Origin: Eledone cirrhosa
Lineage: Eukaryota
Direction: 5' to 3'
Assembly: GCA_964016885.1 (NCBI GenBank)
Contig: OZ024751.1
Location: 49,352,001 to 49,416,000 of the forward strand
Length of the DNA stretch: 64,000 nucleotides
In this document: one piece after another, positions 60,441 to 64,000 of the stretch
How positions within the stretch are numbered: position 1 is the stretch's first letter
Layout of the letters: each line of letters opens with the position of its first letter
Notes under the pieces: model-generated
What the model was told of the DNA's origin: nothing
The model's database searches: none
The model's input: the letters and a program-made list of their open reading frames with translations, nothing else
Made by a program: the position numbers and the translations under genes

Positions 60441-61337
60441 GGTTGTTGGGTGTTGGTTGATGGTTGTTGGTTGTTGGTTGATGGTCGTTGGTTGTTGGTT
60501 GTTGGTTGATGGTTGTTGGCTGATGGTCGTTGGTTGTTGGTTGTTGGTTGTTGGGTGTTGGTTGATGGTTGTTGGTTGTTGGTCGATGGATGATGGTCGT
60601 TGGTTGTTGGTTGTTGGTTGATGGTTGATGGTTGTTGGTTGATGTTGATGGTTGATGGTTGTTGGTTGTTGGTTGTTGGTTGTTGGGTGTTGGTTGTTGG
60701 TTGTTGGTTGTTGGTTGTTGGGTGTTGGTTGTTGGTTGTTGGTTGATGGTCGTTGGTTGTTGGTTGTTGGTTGATGGTTGATGGTTCTTGGTTGATGTTG
60801 ATGGTTGATGGCCGTTGGTTGTTGGTTTTTGGTTGTTGGCTGTTGGCTGTTGGTTGTTGGTTGTTGGGTGTTGGTTGATGGTTGTTGGTTGTTGGTTGAT
60901 GGTTGATGGTCGTTGGTTGTTGGTTGTTGGTTGTTGGTTGTTGGTTGATGGTTGATGGTCGTTGGTTGTTGGTTGTTGGTTGATGGTTGATGGTTGTTGG
61001 TTGATGTTGATGGTTGATGGTCGTTGGTTGTTGGTTGTTGGCGGTTGGTTGTTGGTTGTTGGTTGATGGTTGATGGGTGTTGGTTGATGGTTGATGGTCG
61101 TTGGTTGTTGGTTGTTGGTTGTTGGTTGTTGGTTGATGGTTGATGGTTGTTGGTTGATGGTTGTTGGTTGATGGTTGTTGGTTGTTAGTTGTTGGTCGTT
61201 GGTTGTTGGTTGATGGCTGTTGGTTGATGTTTGTTGGTTGATGGTTGATAGTTGTTGGTTGATGGTTGATGGTTGTTGGTTGATGGTTGTTGGTTGATGG
61301 TTGTTGGTTGATGGTTGTTGGTTGATGGTTGTTGGTT
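60441..61337. repeat. 7-bp satellite (GGTTGTT/GGTTGAT)n, about 900 bp
   Basis: Directly visible. Explains the NNQQPTT ORFs on the minus strand. Confidence 0.95.
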
Positions 61338-61439
61338 CTACACACAACCACAGCCTTGTGGTCATTGGTTCGTCACGTGAATTTCAATGGCTCTTAGACC
61401 ATTCACCACTTATAAATTCAATGTTTTCCTAATTATTGC

Positions 61440-61780
61440 TTGTTCATGTTGTTGCTGTTGATGTTGGTGGTGGTGATGTTGGTGCTGGTGTATGTATTAT
61501 TGACTGTGGATTTGGTGTTATCTATGGTGGTGGTGTTGGTGGTGATGGTGTTATTTGTGTGGTTGTTGGTGGTGGTGGTCATGTTATTGGTGATGATTGT
61601 GGTGTTGGTGTTCTGTGTATTGTTAATGGTGGTGGTGATGTTATTTGTGGTGTTGTTGGTGTTGCTGATGGTGTTGCTGGTGGTGGTGTTGTTGGTGTTG
61701 ATGGTGTTGTTCTTCTTGATCATGATGATGATGATGCTGATGATGATCTACTACTGCTACTGCTACTATTACAGCTGCTT

Positions 61781-61848
<68 letters not shown>

Positions 61849-62008
61849 GATGCTGCTGCTGCTGTTGCTGCTGCTGCTGATGATGATGATCTACTACTGC
61901 AATTCTACTGCTGCTGCTACTACTACTGCTACTGCTACTGTTGTTACTACTACTACTACTTCTACTACTTCTACTACTACTACTACTGCTGTTATTACTA
62001 CTGCTACA
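61440..62008. repeat. Degenerate trinucleotide tract (GGT/GTT/GAT, then CTA/CTG)
   Basis: Directly visible. Confidence 0.85.
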
Positions 62009-62417
62009 TAAAATATAAATAATACTGCAGTATTAGAGAGGGGTGCATTATCTGGTTGGTTGTCACACCTGAATAAAGCGTAGTTATCTGTAGTCAATAA
62101 ATTTGCTGCTCTACAACTGCATAAACACCATCATTATGATTATCACCATGCTTCTATACACAGCATAAGCCGACACCATAGTGAGGGATGGGGGGGGGGG
62201 GATGAGAGATCGAAGCGAGTGAACGGATTCAATCAAAGAAAAAAGAAAAGTGTACTCTTTATTTGAATTCTTATCCTTAACGAAATAATAGTTGAGGCAG
62301 CAATATTAATGCAATAGCTTTTGAATTTCTTTAACGCCACATGAATTTATTTCCCGGAAAGAGAACGATAAACACATCAAAATAATAATAATAATAATAA
62401 TAATAATATTAATAATG

Positions 62418-62449
<32 letters not shown>

Positions 62450-62559
62450 GATAATGCTTTATATAATAATAATAATACTGCAAGAGGTACAGAAAATAGT
62501 GTTGATTGGTACTGTCCATGTCCTGAGAAGGGCATTATCAATTTAAACATTTGAAAGGA

Positions 62560-62920
62560 CATTTACTGTTGTTTGTGCCCTTGTGGCATCATTTGTGTGA
62601 CAATTGATTGTAACATGTGTGCATAGTCCGTGTGAATGCACCTGCCTTGAGCATAGGCCTGTAGATTGCAGTATAAAAACTGGGAGAGGACACTTTGCCC
62701 TTGCGGACACGGTGACCGTGGCTTTTGTAAGATTTCTACACGAGTGACTTTTAGAGTTTCTTCCCCCTTTGAGGATTTGTTGTTTGTTTTAAATGTTTAT
62801 TTTCTTAGTCCCTTTTATAAATGTTATTTTACACAAACAAAACCCCACACTGTATCGTCCTTTATCGTATTTAATGTGTCCTTAATGTGAGCCTTGTATG
62901 GCTAATAAAGAAACCATTAT
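62560..62920 (+). mobile_element. Probable LINE 3'UTR remnant
   Basis: Ends gagccttgtatggctaataaagaaa; similar terminus at 48935-48955 on the minus strand. Confidence 0.4.
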
Positions 62921-62984
62921 TAGATTTTGCCTCAGATGTCAAGTTGACACTGGCTTGATTTGAGAAATAAGAAGAATTCAAATA

Positions 62985-63628
62985 ATAATTTTTTCTACTT
63001 TTGGCAAAAGACCAGCAATTATCCCAGTGTATTACTGGTATTTTATTTTATCGACCCCGTAAGGATGAAAGGCAAAGTTAACCTCGGCGGGATTTGAGCT
63101 CAGGCCGTAAATATTTGCTGCAAAGCATGGCGTCCGACCCTCTACCGATACTGCCAACCCACCGCCCTTTCAAAAAATAATAATAATAATAATAATATTA
63201 ATGGTTTCTGATATAGGCACAAGACCAGCATTTTTGGGGGAGGGGAAACTCGATTAACTCGACCCCAGTGCGTCACTGGTGTTTTATTTTATCGACCACG
63301 TAAGGATGAATGGCAGAATTAACCTCGGCGGGATTTGAACTCAAATCATAAAGCGTCGCAACTCTATGCTGCAAAGCATGTTTTCCAACGTGCTACCGAT
63401 ACTGCGACTCGACCCCCCTAAAAATAATAATAACAATAATTGTTTCTACTTTAGGCACAAGGCCAGCAATTACCCAGTACATTACTGGTACTTTATTTTA
63501 TCGACCCAGTAAGGATGAAAGGCAAAGTCAACCTCGGGGGGATTTGAACTCAGATCGTAAAGGGACGTAACTATGCTGGAAAGCATGGCGGCCGACCCTC
63601 TACCGATACTGCCAATCCACCGCCCTTA
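62985..63628 (-). mobile_element. Three head-to-tail SINE family A copies
   Basis: The block tcgacc...taaggatgaa.ggca.agt.aacctcgg.gggatttga occurs near 63051, 63292 and 63501, separated by (AAT)n. Confidence 0.82.
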
Positions 63629-64000
63629 TTATAACAATAATAATAATATAAGAAGATAAGGCCAAGACATACGTGCACCCTTATTGGTCAATATGCAAAA
63701 TAAATAAAAATGGAAAGCATGTATCCGATATGTGGCACTGCCAAATGTCCTTGATTAAAGAGATAAACAGAAGATATTCTGAGATTGCACAATCCAAACG
63801 AACACCAGGCTTGAGCAAGATATTGTAATTAAACATAGAAATAGTCGTGCCTTCTAGATTATTGGTGTTACCATCCCATAGCTTCTTTCAATGGAATTGA
63901 AAATAAAATTAGAAAATATTCTAGTTGAAGCAAGCTGCGGTAGGGGTGGTAATATATTAAATCGAACACTGATTAATTGATAATAATATATAAAAGTATA

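Noticed and set aside
60367-62097. Long N/Q/T-rich and V/G/L-rich ORFs
   Set aside because: They are products of heptamer and trinucleotide repeats, with no domain signal or splice evidence.

Overview
This is very AT-rich, microsatellite-saturated eukaryotic non-coding DNA. The (TA)n/(GA)n/(CA)n density and the SINE families suggest a cephalopod such as Octopus (inference). I found no convincing host exon, and nearly all ORF-track entries are translations of simple repeats. The one real protein-coding remnant is a 5'-truncated Penelope-like retroelement (PLE) at about 17.64-20.11 kb. It encodes the RT C-terminal part plus a C-terminal GIY-YIG endonuclease with Hydra-clade-like Cys motifs and sits in a (TA)n tract. 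The main signal is a dense set of short non-coding elements inserted in (TA)n that carry type I hammerhead ribozymes (HHRs): about 15 motifs from about 8 unrelated sequence families, on both strands, often arranged as PLE-style inverted plus direct repeats. They include a 310-bp tandem retrozyme-like array at the window start. Several have non-canonical cores: a compensatory U3-A8 core (UUGAGAA), U.U or A.A at position 10.1-11.1, palindromic stem III, or a long stem II. Also present are two tRNA-derived SINE families, LINE-end remnants, a ~45-bp minisatellite with 270/540-bp higher-order structure, and 15-bp and 7-bp tandem repeats.
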